DNA of 64,000 bases from Rhynchobatus australiae (lineage: Eukaryota). The position numbers were made by a program, and so were the translations under genes. Under the pieces are notes generated by a model. The model was not told the origin of the DNA. It did not search any database and saw only the letters and a program-made list of their open reading frames with translations. Location: NCBI GenBank assembly GCA_034780895.1, contig JAUZTB010000001.1, forward strand, positions 46,985,925 through 47,049,924, read 5' to 3'. This document shows positions 13,410 through 25,969 of this stretch, in pieces; the stretch's first letter is position 1; each line of letters begins with the position of its first letter.

Positions 13410-13688
13410 CTATGACTTTGACATTAATGGTGCCTGTCGTTGAACCCAGTTTATTCTCCAGTGTAATCGTGTAGACACCCGCGTCAGCATGAACACAGTT
13501 GATAATTTCAATGGATGCGCGGATATAATCACTCTGCTTTGTCATTCTGTCATCCACTTTGAGCTCTTTTCCATTCTTAAACCAGGAAATAGTTGGCACT
13601 GGCACAGCTCTAAAGGGTACAAGGATATTCAACTTCTCACCCTCCACAACAACTATATCTTGGGTCTGCACTTCAATACTTGGATTAC
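13410..13688 (-). CDS. ttn: Titin exon, Ig A1 (start of D-zone super-repeats)
   Basis: 279 nt; NPSIEVQTQDIVVVEGEKL; first Ig after six consecutive FN3. Confidence 0.94.
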
Positions 13689-13795
13689 CTATTAAAATAA
13701 ATATTTTAAACAATATATAAAAAGGTAATGTGTTTAATAGAATAATAATATAACTTCTGAATGAGATAGGAAATATTTCAGAAGATTGTTCTTAC

Positions 13796-14101
13796 AGTCA
13801 GAATCCTTAGCCACAACATTTTCTGAAATTTCTGACGGATCACTTGTTCCAATGGCATTAACAGCCTTAACTCTCAGGATATATTCTTTGTCAGGAATAA
13901 TGCCTTCTTCTGCTTTATATTTCAGATCTTTCACTGGACGAGAATTAATTCGCATCCACTTCTCAGTTCCTGCTTCACAAATTTCAACATGATAGCCAAT
14001 AATAGGGCTACCACCATTTTTCTCCGGTGCTTTCCATGCAATAGAAATGTGATCTCTATTTGCATCTGTTACATGTAACTCAAGAGGAGGAGATGGTGGA
14101 C
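13796..14101 (-). CDS. ttn: Titin exon, FN3 I118
   Basis: 306 nt; PPSPPLELHVTDANRD. Confidence 0.95.
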
Positions 14102-14195
14102 CTAGACACAAATAACATTAGAATACAACTAGTTCATTTCCAAAATTTTAAGAGAATTTCTGTTAATGACATGTTTACTTTCAATTTCTACTCAC

Positions 14196-14392
14196 TAGTT
14201 GGATCTTCAATACATAGCATATCAGTAGGTTCACTTGGATGCCCACAGCCAGCTTCATTTTCAGCACGGACTTGGAATTGTACTTCAGTGCCCTCAATCA
14301 CATCAGTAACTTTATAGTTGCATTCTGGTCCAGCAGTCTTGCCAGCTTTAACCCAGCGAGTTCCTAATTTCTCTTTCTTTTCAATGACATAT
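14196..14392 (-). CDS. ttn: Titin exon, FN3 I117 second part
   Basis: 197 nt; YVIEKKEKLGTRWVKAG; 197+106=303. Confidence 0.94.
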
Positions 14393-14522
14393 CTATGGAA
14401 TTATTCAGTATCATTTTAAGTAGTGAATATACATAAGAAGGAAAGAATCTCAATGAATGCAGAAGAAAATAGTCATTGTCTTAAAAAGAAAATGTATTAA
14501 ATAGAAAAGGGACTAAAATAAC

Positions 14523-14628
14523 CTCTGTATTGGTCTTCCGCCATCGTTCTTGGGAGCCTCCCATTTCAGTTCAACATGTCTTTTGGTTACATCGACAACT
14601 GTAAGGGCATAAGGTGGCCCAGGTGTTG
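14523..14628 (-). CDS. ttn: Titin exon, FN3 I117 first part
   Basis: 106 nt; TPGPPYALTVVDVTKRHVELKW. Confidence 0.94.
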
Positions 14629-14721
14629 CTGGAGAGAAACCATAATACATATGTAAGATAAAAAAATCCAAAGAAGAAATTAGTTATTCACTAGGACTAG
14701 TAACATAGCAAACAAGCTTAC

Positions 14722-15021
14722 TGAAGGTATCTTTTGCAAGAACCGAGTCTTCCAGTTCACAATATTCACTCTGACCAACCGCATTTTCTGCAGCAACTCG
14801 GAATACATATAGAGAACCTTCTGAAAGAGGAGAAACTGTGGATTTGATGTCTTTTACTGTTGTGTCAACAGTTTGCCAGCCCTTTCGCCTTACATCTCTT
14901 TTTTCTACAATATAATTTGTAATGGGAGAGCCACCATCTTTTTCTGGTGGTGTCCATTTAAGATCAGCAGCATTCTTTGTGATATTAACAACTTCAAGCC
15001 AACGTGGAGGTGAAGGAGGAT
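14722..15021 (-). CDS. ttn: Titin exon, FN3 I116
   Basis: 300 nt; PPSPPRWLEVVNITKN. Confidence 0.95.
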
Positions 15022-15113
15022 CTGTGGAGAAGAAAATGTTGCTCATATTTAAAAATGCATGACTTTTGGTATTGACTGTAATGGAAATAGTGTAAAAGAT
15101 GAGTATAACTTAC

Positions 15114-15413
15114 TCAATCTCTCTTTGCACAACACAGGATCACTGGGTTCACTAGGTTCACTTTCACCAGCTTTATTAACAGCTCGTATACGGAATGAAT
15201 ATTCTTGTTTTTCCATAAGTCCTTTCAGGAAATATTCAGTTATGGGAACACCTTCAGCTACTCTAACCCAGTCTTCTGTTCCACTTTTCAGCAATTCAAT
15301 AATATAAGATTCAATCTTTGCCCCTCCGTCATGTTCTGGTTTATTCCAATTTAAGAAAACAGAAGTCTTCATGACATCTTTAATGTTAGGCTTTCCAGGA
15401 GGCCATGGTGGGT
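15114..15413 (-). CDS. ttn: Titin exon, FN3 I115
   Basis: 300 nt; DPPWPPGKPNIKDV...LCKERL. Confidence 0.95.
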
Positions 15414-15655
15414 CTATAAATCAATTTGTATTAAAAATGGTCAAATCTTACATAACAATATAGTCAATCCTGTAAAACTCTACTGCACAGATATTGCCTT
15501 GCAAACAGNNNNNNNNNNTGCAGTGTTGATTTTTTTTAAAATATAGTTTCTGACCACATTCAAGAGTCCTCTGGTCATGCAGGGTCCAGCAATATTTCAG
15601 CCAAAAATATAAAAAGGTAAGAAGTTTCATTGGGTGCGCATAACTGTACACATAC

Positions 15656-15771
15656 CAATAGGATCTTTCACCAAGATTGGGTCTGTTTCTATGCTTGGTT
15701 TGCCAGGACCAGCTAAATTCTCTGCCAGCACTCGGAATTTGTACTTCTTCTTTGGAGTAAGTCCCTTTAAT
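15656..15771 (-). CDS. ttn: Titin exon, FN3 I114 second part
   Basis: 116 nt; LKGLTPKKKYKFRVLAEN; 116+187=303. Confidence 0.94.
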
Positions 15772-17847
15772 CTGTGTTTGAAAAAATATTAGGTACATGA
15801 TTATTTGTTGTCAATGAATTTAGCTAACTTTTTTCATCTGAAATGACTGAAACAACCAACTTACTTTTGTACATGATGTCTAGTTAACAATTTGCAGCTA
15901 TNNNNNNNNNNNNNNNNNNNNNNNNNNNNNNNNNNNNNNNNNNNNNNNNNNNNNNNNNNNNNNNNNNNNNNNNNNNNNNNNNNNNNNNNNNNNNNNNNNN
16001 NAATTTGCAGCTATCAACCATCACATTCTACCACTGTCTAAAATAGATTGATCCGTTATATTTTGCCTCTTTTTTCTTCCCTACCATACAGAACTAACTA
16101 ATCAGAAGTCACAATTCATACATTTAGCCATGAATCAGAAAATTACATTTCATACAAACAGTTCAATATAGATGTGGGAAAGTTTTTTTTAATTTGCTCC
16201 ACATTTTAGACATATGGTTTCCTATTCCCCCTATGCTTTCTCTCTGTATTAGCTCTCAAAGCAATTTCATCCCCCCTGCTGATTTGTTGATTTAGATTGG
16301 GAATAGTTCATGCCCAAGCACTAATACCTTCAGTACCTGACTGGTAACAAACTACCAATCTAAGAAGGATATGCTCGTTCCTACACTTGTTTTTTTTGGT
16401 AACTCTCAGTCAACACTAGAACATTAACCCAACCCTATGTGCTCTAATCTCACCATCCTCTTCTGTGTAGGATTTCACTGAAAACATTCTGAAAATCCAA
16501 ACACATCACATCCATTGGTTCACTCTGGTTTACTCCACTAGATACATTTTCAAAAAAAATTAAATAGATTAATTACATTTGCTTTCATAAATCCACAATG
16601 ACTCTGCTCAATTATATTATTTCAAGTATTGTGATACTACAGCTTTTGTTAGAAATTCCAGCATTTTCACAATTGCTGATATCAGACTAACAGGTTAGCA
16701 GTTCCCTGATTTGTCTCTCACTCCTTTCTTTAAATAGTGGGGTTACATTTGTTGCCTTGAATTCTGCAGGACCCATTCCAGAATCTACAAGTTTTTGGGA
16801 GATGGTAATCAGAGCATCAATTTTCAGTTTCACTAATAGTTTGCATTTTTTAACATTTTAATTTCTTTCAGTTCCTTATTGGACCCTTGGTTCTCCAGCA
16901 TTTCTGGCATGTGTTTTGCATCTTCCATAGAGGCAGAAACAATGTTTTAATTTGTTTCCTCTGCTATTTCTTTATTTCCCCCAAAAATTCTCTCTTCTCC
17001 ATCTGTAAGGGACCCAAATTCATCCTCACTGTATTTTTCCCTTTTTACATACCTACAGAAACATCTACAGTCTGTTTCCATGTTTCTTGCTAATTTACTC
17101 TTTAATACAAGTTGATAATATTTTAATACTCTTTAATACAATTTATACAATATAAAATACAATTTAATATTGTATTTCCCCTTTCTTTGTCAATATCTTG
17201 GTCATCCTTTGCTGAATTTCAAAACACTGCCAATCACCAGCCTTACTAGTTTTTCTAGCAATTTTCTAAGCCTTTTCCTTAGATTTAATGCTATCTTTAA
17301 TTTCTCTCGTAATCCACAGATGGTCCACTTTTCCTATTTTTTTGCACCTTAAAAGGAATGTGTATTTCTTGCAAATCATGTTAATCTTCAGTGATTTATG
17401 TGCAAAGGCATCAAGGTGCCCATGAGGACCGACCTTCTAAAATTCTCCACCATTAAAAAATATTTTCCTTTTTTAAAATTTTTTTTCTACCAAAGTGGGT
17501 GACTTCACATCTTTACCATGTTCTTGATCATTTACTTAGCATATCTATATACCCTTGAAAATTCTCTGCATCCTCCCAACAACTCCTACAACCACCCAGC
17601 CTCATATCATCAGCAGATCCCCTCATGTGATCTCCTCATTCAAATTATTGATATACATTGTAGATAACTGTGACCCCAGCACATGCCTGCAGCATGCTGC
17701 TAGTTACAGCCTACAATAGACAAAATGACCCATTTATTGCTACTACTTTTCTGTTCCTTAACCAACCCTCAATCCATGCAAGTGTATTATTTTCAATTGT
17801 TACAGACTAGGTTACTATTGGTGAATGCCCCTTTAAGAGAGCACAGT

Positions 17848-17848
<1 letters not shown>

Positions 17849-17900
<52 letters not shown>
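17849..17900. repeat. (GT)n microsatellite
   Basis: About 26 perfect GT units. Confidence 0.97.
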
Positions 17901-17902
<2 letters not shown>

Positions 17903-17974
17903 TGTGATCAATAGAAAATAAGAACATAGTGACGTTTTTGGAGCAGACAGTCAGAGTCAGTCAGAGGAGAGAAG

Positions 17975-17976
<2 letters not shown>

Positions 17977-18020
<44 letters not shown>
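17977..18020. repeat. (GA)n microsatellite
   Basis: About 22 perfect GA units. Confidence 0.97.
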
Positions 18021-18022
<2 letters not shown>

Positions 18023-18480
18023 AGCCTGCTAGTCTCTATCGATGGATGAAAAACAATGACGGTGTCTGTCACCACAATCCATGTATGGATTTTTGGAATA
18101 ATTCAGTGGAGTTCATTTTGTTGTTNNNNNNNNNNNNNNNNNNNNNNNNNNNNNNNNNNNNNNNNNNNNNNNNNNNNNNNNNNNNNNNNNNNNNNNNNNN
18201 NNNNNNNNNNNNNNNNNNNNNNNNNGAATTGGAGTTTGGGAGTTTGCCACACACACACACTACGAGTTTAGTTTTTGGGGTTAATGTTTAAGATTTAACA
18301 TTTGTACTTCTAACATTCTAACATTTTTACTTTCATTTTTCTTATTATCATAAGTAGTTACTAATAAAGTAGTTTTTAACACTCATACATGACTCGGTGT
18401 GTTTCTTTTGTTGCTGGTTCATAACACAATCCAATATGCTTTTGTGTAATAACTTCTTGTGTAGAATCATATCAAAAACC

Positions 18481-18815
18481 AAGATAGAGTAGATAGTCAG
18501 AATATTTTTCCCATGGTGGGGGTGTCAAAAGCTAGAGAGTATAGGTTTAAAGCCAAGGGGAGGAGTTTTAAAAGGGATCTGAGGGGTAAGCTTTTTCCAC
18601 ACACAGAGTGGCTATAACCAGAGCACACTGTCAGAGGTGGTGGTGAAGGCAGATACAATTACTACATTTGAGAGGCATTTAGATAGGTCATTGAATAGGC
18701 GAGACAGAGAAGGATATGGAATTAGTGTACGTGGGTAAACAGTTGGCATAGACATGGTGGGCCAAAGGGACTGTTTCAGAGCTATATGACTCCATAACTC
18801 TACGACTCTATGACC
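18481..18815 (+). mobile_element. CR1-type LINE 3' end
   Basis: gatagagtagatagtcag...catagacatggtgggccaaaggga...; ends in a degenerate 8-mer (gactctat) tail. Confidence 0.8.
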
Positions 18816-19738
18816 TACTGAAACTCCAAATACTCAAGGTATGTATTCTGCTGGTTACATCCTGAAAAAAACTGAACATTTGTGGGAAACATGAATTTTC
18901 TTTCTAATGGATCTGCCCAATCCTATTATGGGGTTGCCTAGGTTATGGAAAACCTGACTTAAGGAAATCCAACTTTACACAAATTATCCCACAAAAAATT
19001 TTAAAGAATTTTTCAAGACAGTTATTATAATACAATGTTTTATGGTATTAATACAACAGGATATAATATACAGTATGTTCCATTAGTTTAATTATGGGTA
19101 GTGTTCGGGTGAACATAGAAGATATTCAATGAAATGAAATTATAGGAAGTGTATGTAGAACGATTTGATTTGGGTGGCCACAGAAAACAAATGTTTCTGA
19201 TTTATAGAAAATTAGTTTATGGACAGTTCATAGGAATGGAAGAATTTACATAGCCCGGGGAGATTGTGGAGGCATTATTTTCCAAGTGCTACATTACCTT
19301 AGCAATAGATTCTGGTCTAAAAGCTTGACTTTAGATCCAGATTAAAACTTGACAGCAGAAAAGACAAATGCACTTGTGAAAACATTTTTATCCTGNNNNN
19401 NNNNNNNNNNNNNNNNNNNNNNNNNNNNNNNNNNNNNNNNNNNNNNNNNNNNNNNNNNNNNNNNNNNNNNNNNNNNNNNNNNNNNNNNNNNNNNNNNNNN
19501 NNNNNNNNNNNNNNNNNNNNNNNNNNNNNNNNNNNNNNNNNNNNNNNNNNNNNNNNNNNNNNNNNNNNNNNNNNNNNNNNNNNNNNNNNNNNNNNNNNNN
19601 NNNNNNNNNNNNNNNNNNNNNNNNNNNNNNNNNNNNNNNNNNNNNAGGAAGACTAGTCCTCAGAAAATAATTATGGCTGTCATAATAACCATGGCTTCAT
19701 CAAAGTTTTTGAAAATTAAGCTCATGCATCATAAGTAC

Positions 19739-19925
19739 CTGAAACTTGTATCTTTGATAGGTATCTTGTTACATCTTTGCCATTTATCAGTGTTGGGATC
19801 GTATCTTTCAACAAAATATCCAGTGATTGGACTGCCACCATCCTCTTCTGGTTCATACCATGTCAGTGTCAATGAATCTTTAGCAATATCTGAACCTTTC
19901 AGATTTGTTGGAGGACCAGGTGGAT
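19739..19925 (-). CDS. ttn: Titin exon, FN3 I114 first part
   Basis: 187 nt; DPPGPPTNLKGSDIAKDSLTLTW. Confidence 0.94.
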
Positions 19926-20040
19926 CTAATGTACAATTATATATTGATGGATTTTAAAAAATGTAATCATGTATAATGTATAAATAATGCGACAAATGTT
20001 TCAATTCTAATTTACATAATCATACTACATTTTTCCTTAC

Positions 20041-20337
20041 CGAAAGCATACTTTGCTATAATTGAAGGATGCTGGGATGGCTCTCCAATACCATACATGT
20101 TTTCAGCAAAAACTCTGAATGTATATTCTTTCAGTGGTTTAAGACTTGTTGTCTTGAATTTGGTTTCTTTGATTGTGGATGAAAGTTTGTTCCACAGTTC
20201 ACTGGTTCCAACCACATATTCCACAATATAATTAGTAATGCGTGAACCACCATCATCTCTGGGTGGATTCCATGTCAGATTACAGGATTCGTTTGTAATA
20301 TCAGTGATATCAAATGCAGCTGGTGGTCCAGGTTTGT
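20041..20337 (-). CDS. ttn: Titin exon, FN3 I113
   Basis: 297 nt; DKPGPPAAFDITDITNESCNLTW. Confidence 0.95.
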
Positions 20338-20429
20338 CTGCAAAACAAAAATTGTCGATACTTGTTTAGATTTTTTTCATACTAAGATTATAGATAGTGT
20401 TGCAAATAACAACTTAATAGTTGAATTAC

Positions 20430-20755
20430 CTAGAATATTCACTTCAACAACAGCAGTAGCACGACCACTAACATTTACTGCTTCAATAATATAGGGGCCA
20501 CTGTCACTCCTTGTGGTATCTGAGATTGTCACAATGGAATGACCAGGTTTGGTGTCAATATTTATTAATAACCTTCCAATGAAGCACCATGAGCAATATT
20601 TATTCTGTTGTCAGGCTTCAGAAGGTGTTCTGCCTTTGTCCAAGTAATTCTAGGATCAGGTTTGCCAGAGACCACAGCTGGGAGCTCAATCTTTGTGCCA
20701 GCCTTCACAGTAATGCCAGCAAGCAACTTAACATCAAGATGAATCTCTGGAGCCA
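20430..20755 (-). CDS. ttn: Titin exon, Ig I112, disrupted here by a 38-bp insertion
   Basis: 326 nt = 288+38; VAPEIHLDVKLLAG...RINI / DTKPGHSIVTI...VEVNIL lie in different frames. Confidence 0.9.
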
Positions 20756-21258
20756 CTGTTGAAAACAAAGGAAACATGAATAATTTGGTAAGAATTTTAA
20801 GAAAGAAAATTGTAGGTTAAATTCAGTATTGCCATCGCTAATTGTGGAGACTCACTTGAAAAAAATCATCAATTGGATAATTCCATGTAGGATTCATTGT
20901 CTTAATGAGCATTCAATCATTAACATGAATTAACTGGGAATTAGAAGCATCAATAAAGCTCTGTGCTAATTACATAGCCCACAAGTTTGTTGCATAGATC
21001 ATTAATTTATCAGTAATACTCAGATGTAACATCATTAATTTTAGTGAAACTTGATCAATATGGTTAACCATTATTCCTTTCATAAGAATTCTTTGACAAT
21101 AAATGAAAGAGCAATTGTGACTTCATTTATCACAATGTGAACATTTGTGAGATAAATCCATCAAAATTTAGTAAGTAATCGGGATGTATTATTAGGGGAT
21201 GGGTCAATTACAATTATGATTTGGAGAAATACTTTTATATTAGTTAGTAACAATGTAC

Positions 21259-21380
21259 CTTTTGGATCGACAGCTTGTATATCGTCTGTAGGTTTACTAG
21301 GTCTGCTGGCACCTTGTCTATTCAAAGCTTTAACCCGGTATGAGTACCATTCATTTTCTGTGAGGTTGGTCACTTCCATC
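21259..21380 (-). CDS. ttn: Titin exon, FN3 I111 second part
   Basis: 122 nt; MEVTNLTENEWYSYRVKALN; 122+178=300. Confidence 0.94.
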
Positions 21381-21464
21381 CTATTTAACATAATTATCGT
21401 ATTAGTGTTATTTTGTACTAACCAAAACAAAGCAAACATTAGAAAATTAGACGTATAACATTAC

Positions 21465-21642
21465 TTCAATTCGTGAACTGGTTCTCCACATGGATCCCAC
21501 TTTTCAGTACCACGTTGACACTTCTCTACTAAATAGCCTTTAATTCTTGAACCTCCATCATATTTTGGTGGTTCCCATGTAAGGAAGATTCCTCTGGCAG
21601 TTGAATCCCTCCATCTGACATTTTCTGGTGGATCTGGAACAG
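21465..21642 (-). CDS. ttn: Titin exon, FN3 I111 first part
   Basis: 178 nt; VPDPPENVRWRDSTARGIFLTW. Confidence 0.94.
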
Positions 21643-22420
21643 CTGAAAAATATGTGGAAGTAAATTAAAATCTTTTGTTCAAAAGTTTCACAAGGACAAT
21701 TATATAATGAAAATTAATTTTCATCATCAGATCTACATCAGTTNNNNNNNNNNNNNNNNNNNNNNNNNNNNNNNNNNNNNNNNNNNNNNNNNNNNNNNNN
21801 NNNNNNNNNNNNNNNNNNNNNNNNNNNNNNNNNNNNNNNNNNNNNNNNNNNNNNNNNNNNNNNNNNNNNNNNNNNNNNNNNNNNNNNNNNNNNNNNNNNN
21901 NNNNNNGGTTGACAGTGACATCAATTTCGTCCACCACTCTCAAATCAATTTCCCAATTCAGAGTATAGTAGAAAAACCATGGTAGAATTTCCATTGATAT
22001 TAAAGGAGCAAAAACATCTCAAAGGTTGGAATTCTGGAATCCTGGTAGACCTTGGCAGGTAACAATATAAGAATTTGCTGTGCAAATATATTGAATATTC
22101 AAAATTTGAAGTATATACTAATGAAACAGCAAGCATACATTACAGGAGTGATTTAAGAAACATTTTCAGTTTAAATTTTTTATTAACCATTGATCTTATC
22201 TATAAAATGCTTGCAAATCAGTCTTGAAAAGACTTTAGAATCTTATTTTGTTTCCTTGGATGCTCTTGACATGCAAATAGTAGAATGTAATGAAATATAT
22301 TTAAAAGGTGGACCTGTGCATTGATACATTTAACAAAAGTCAGAGTAGACCTATTTGACTGTGTTTAAAAACTAACATCCATACAATTTAATATATATGA
22401 TTGAAAAGCTAAATACTTAC

Positions 22421-22568
22421 TTGCTGGAGCAGTTACATTAACAGGTTCATCAATATATGCAGGTTCACTTGGGCCACATTTGTTACAGGCAGAAACTCTA
22501 AACAGGTAGTCTCGGCCTTGGAAGAGGTCAGTGATAGTAAATTCCAAGTCCTGCACTCTCTCAATAAC
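22421..22568 (-). CDS. ttn: Titin exon, FN3 I110 second part
   Basis: 148 nt; VIERVQDLEFTITDL; 148+152=300. Confidence 0.94.
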
Positions 22569-22718
22569 CTGGAAATGACAGAACGTGACAATGATAAAAC
22601 TGGAATCACTCACTCACANNNNNNNNNNNNNNNNNNNNNNNNNNNNNNNNNNNNNNNNNNNNNNNNNNNNNNNNNNNNNNNNNNNNNNNNNNNNNNNNNN
22701 NNNNNNNNNNNNNNNNNN

Positions 22719-23350
22719 GCTGTTTCTAAAACATTGAGTGTGGGTCTTCGGCCTCCTGTGCCGCCTCCCCCGATGGTAGTAATGAGAAGAGGGCATGTCC
22801 CGGATGGTGAGGGTCCTTAATGATGGATACCACCTTCCTGAGGCACCACGTCTTGCAGATGACCTCGATGGTGGGGAGGGTTGTGCCTGTGATGGAGCTG
22901 GCTGAGTCTACAACCCGCTGCAGCCTCTTTTGATCCTGCATATTGGAGCCTTCATAACAGGTGGTGATGCAACCAGTCAGAATGCTCTCCACTGTATATC
23001 TGTAGAAATTTGCAAGGGTATTTGGTTACATACCATATCTCCTCAAACTCATCAGGAAGTAGAGCTGCTGGCATACCTTCTTCATGATTGCATCAGTGTA
23101 TTGGGCCCAGGATAGATGCTCTGAGATGTTGATATCCAGCAACTTGAAGCTGCTCATCCTTTCCACCACTGACCCCTCAATGAGGACTAGTGTGTGCCCT
23201 CCCAACTTCGCCCTTCCTGAAGTCCAAAATCAATTCACTGGTCTTGCTGACATTGAGTGTGAGGTTGTTATTGCAGTAACACTCAACCAGCCGATCTATC
23301 TCACTCCTGTACAATACCTTGTTGCCATCTGCGATTCTGCCAACAACAGT
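22719..23350 (-). mobile_element. Rex1/Babar-type LINE 3' fragment
   Basis: ESILTGCIT...KRLQRVV...IIKDPHHPGHALFSLLPSG, the characteristic Rex1/Babar ORF C-terminus. Confidence 0.8.
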
Positions 23351-23981
23351 GCTAAACTCCTCCCTTTATAGGACAGCCCTTTCTTTCCAGGAATTAACTT
23401 GGTGAATCTCCTTTTACTGCATCCACCGCAACTATATCCTTTTTAGATAAGCAGACCAAAATAGTGCACAGTATTTCCAGGTGTGGCCTCACCAATACCT
23501 TGAATAATTGTCACAAAATCTCCATGCTAAATATCCACCGAGAAGCAAGAAAAGATCTGATCCTGTCTGATCCTATCAAACCTTTTAATTTGAGTGGGGA
23601 GCTCCATATTAGCATTTCAGGCAACTTTCACTCACATAGAAAAGAAAGTGACTCAAAAAAAACCTTTCCATCTTTATGCTGATCAAGTCCTGCATATGGT
23701 ATTAGATGTGTCTGAAGAACCCCTGAAATACCAAGACAAGTTTAACGGACCTAACAGAGTTGTTGTATTTTTTTTCTCAGTAGTGCTGTGAGTGTTACCC
23801 AACTGTTTTGAAGAGGATTTGAAATAAAACAAAGCATAAGATTTTATAAATAAAGCTGAAGATCCTGCATAAGAAAATCTGACAAAATAATTTATGCCTA
23901 TACTCAAAACCATTCAGAATGATAATGACATAAGATTGACTTCAGTATTTAATTGCATCTAGCCAACTTAATAACAATGGA

Positions 23982-24100
23982 GTTCTGATGAAAAGTTATG
24001 GACCTGAAATGTTAACTTTCTCTATCTACAGATACTGCCTGACTCATTAAATATCTCCAGCATTTTCTCTTTTGTTTCAGATTTCTGGCATCTGAATTTT
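23982..24100 (+). mobile_element. Penelope-derived short repeat with degenerate hammerhead core
   Basis: ctgatga-aaagttatggacct-gaaat, then cagatactgcctgac...ccagcatttt shared with other copies. Confidence 0.65.
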
Positions 24101-24334
24101 GTTGCTCTACAAATGATGGAGCTGGATTAACATCAGAATATTTCTATTTCTATTTGTTTCCTTCAGTATTACAGTCTGCATGGATAATTTACAAAAATTC
24201 ACTTGCTCAGGGACGCAGTAATTTCTTATGTTGCTAGTCTAAATGGGTAACTTCAATGATCACGGTGACAACCTTGAGTCACCAGTTTGAAAATAACAGA
24301 AATAAATTGAAGATCAATATGATTTATCACTTAC

Positions 24335-24486
24335 TTTGACCCAAGTTTTGCGGTTAACTTCACGCTTTTCAATGAGATATCCAGTCAATGGACTTCCACC
24401 ATCATTATCAGGCTGATCCCATATCAAATGCACTGTATTTCTACTAATTTCTGATACTTTGAGGTCTTTTGGTGCACTTGGCCTTG
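24335..24486 (-). CDS. ttn: Titin exon, FN3 I110 first part
   Basis: 152 nt; ARPSAPKDLKVSEISRNTVHLIW. Confidence 0.94.
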
Positions 24487-25457
24487 CTGAGAAGTTAAAA
24501 CAACAAAGGATTTAAAAAAATTAATAATTTTGCATTTCATTAATTATTTTCCTTGCTACTGATTTCTTCCATCTCCCAGATATTCATTAAGGCCATGCAA
24601 AGTCATGGTGCCCTGTCCGATCAGGAGCTAAGTGTCAAAATGTTTATGACATCATGATCATGAACTGCTACATCTTCAGTACTGCTCATCTTCATGCCAA
24701 CCTTGCTCCTGGTGAAATATTTTTGACAGTTCAACATTCCCTCTAATTCTATTATTACGCTTTTGTCAATTTGTCAATCAGTACCCTGTATAAAGTCTGA
24801 ATGTCAAATACTCCACTAGTTAATTCATCCATAGCCTCGTTGAGCTATATTGATTCCAAAACACATTGAATGATAAATAATGATTCCTTTTTTCAAATTT
24901 CTCCACAGTTTTGCACATGCAACTTTGCAACTATTACCAGGCTTACAGCACACCTTTCATCATTCTGATTTCTTATTCTCGACTTCTGGATTTTCCTTTC
25001 CCTTTGATTCACCATTGCTATTAACTTCGGATGGTTTGAGCCCACTCTTTTGAATGTTTACTTTCAATTTCTTTGACATTCTGCTTTATTCTCTATCTTT
25101 AAAAACCTCTCCAAAACCCATTCCTTCAATTAAGTTTTTAGTTGTTTCTAATTTTCATATTGAAAACTCAGCACTTGCCTCTGTAATGTACTCATTTTGC
25201 TCTACTCTTTAGAGTGTCTTGGCAGTTTTCACTGTTAAGAGGGTAGCANNNNNNNNNNNNNNNNNNNNNNNNNNNNNNNNNNNNNNNNNNNNNNNNNNNN
25301 NNNNNNNNNNNNNNNNNNNNNNNNNNNNNNNNNNNNNNNNNNNNNNNNTCTTTAGAGTGTCTTGGCAGTTTTCACTGTTATATATGTAGTATTAATATAA
25401 GTCATCTTGAACCGATTAAATAAAAATGCTGTTTTTTAAATATATCCAGATTCTTAC

Positions 25458-25742
25458 CAATTACATTCACGTCAATTTCGCCTGTGACAGTTGACACTGC
25501 ATTTTCTAGTGTCAGTTTATAGAGTCCCTTATCTGGACGCTCACTGGGAGAAATAACCAATTGTGTATATTTTGCAGTTGTTTCCATTTTCACACGCTCA
25601 TTGCTTTCGATAGGTTTTTCATCAACAGCCCATTTTGCCAAAGGTATAGGGTAGCCACTGATAGGAACACGAATTTTGAGTGGTTCTGGAACAATAACCT
25701 CAAGACCATCTTTGAACTCTCTCAGATCAAGAGAAGGAGCCA
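25458..25742 (-). CDS. ttn: Titin exon, Ig I109
   Basis: 285 nt; APSLDLREFKDGLEVIVP. Confidence 0.95.
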
Positions 25743-25854
25743 CTAGAAGAGAATACATAATTAGTTTTCAAATGATATACTAATTGTTGAAAAGAAAAAT
25801 ACCTCACTTTTACTGTTTTTAATATACTTTTGTTCACAAAGGTATATGCTTTAC

Positions 25855-25969
25855 CATGGGGGTCATCAGCCATCAGTGGGCCAAGAGCATCAGCTGGATC
25901 TGATAAGCCTGCTGCATTTTCAGCAGATACCCTGTAATAATACTTCTTTCCTTGTTCCAAACCAGATAC
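25855..25969 (-). CDS. ttn: Titin exon, FN3 I108 second part
   Basis: 115 nt; VSGLEQGKKYYYRVSAEN; 115+188=303. Confidence 0.94.

Larger units (their letters stand above)
17798..18426 (+). mobile_element. Solo LTR (Gypsy-like)
   Basis: TGTTA...TAACA termini; 4-bp TSD CAAT at 17794-17797 and 18427-18430; AATAAA at 18363; host CR1 sequence resumes after it. Confidence 0.75.
16481..18479 (-). mobile_element. Degenerate CR1-type LINE ORF2 fragment, rearranged and interrupted by a solo LTR
   Basis: Minus-strand remnants EPMDVMCLDFQNVF (about 16481-16522), VFDMILHKKLLHK (about 18441-18479) and CEVTHFGR (about 17486-17510). Confidence 0.75.
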
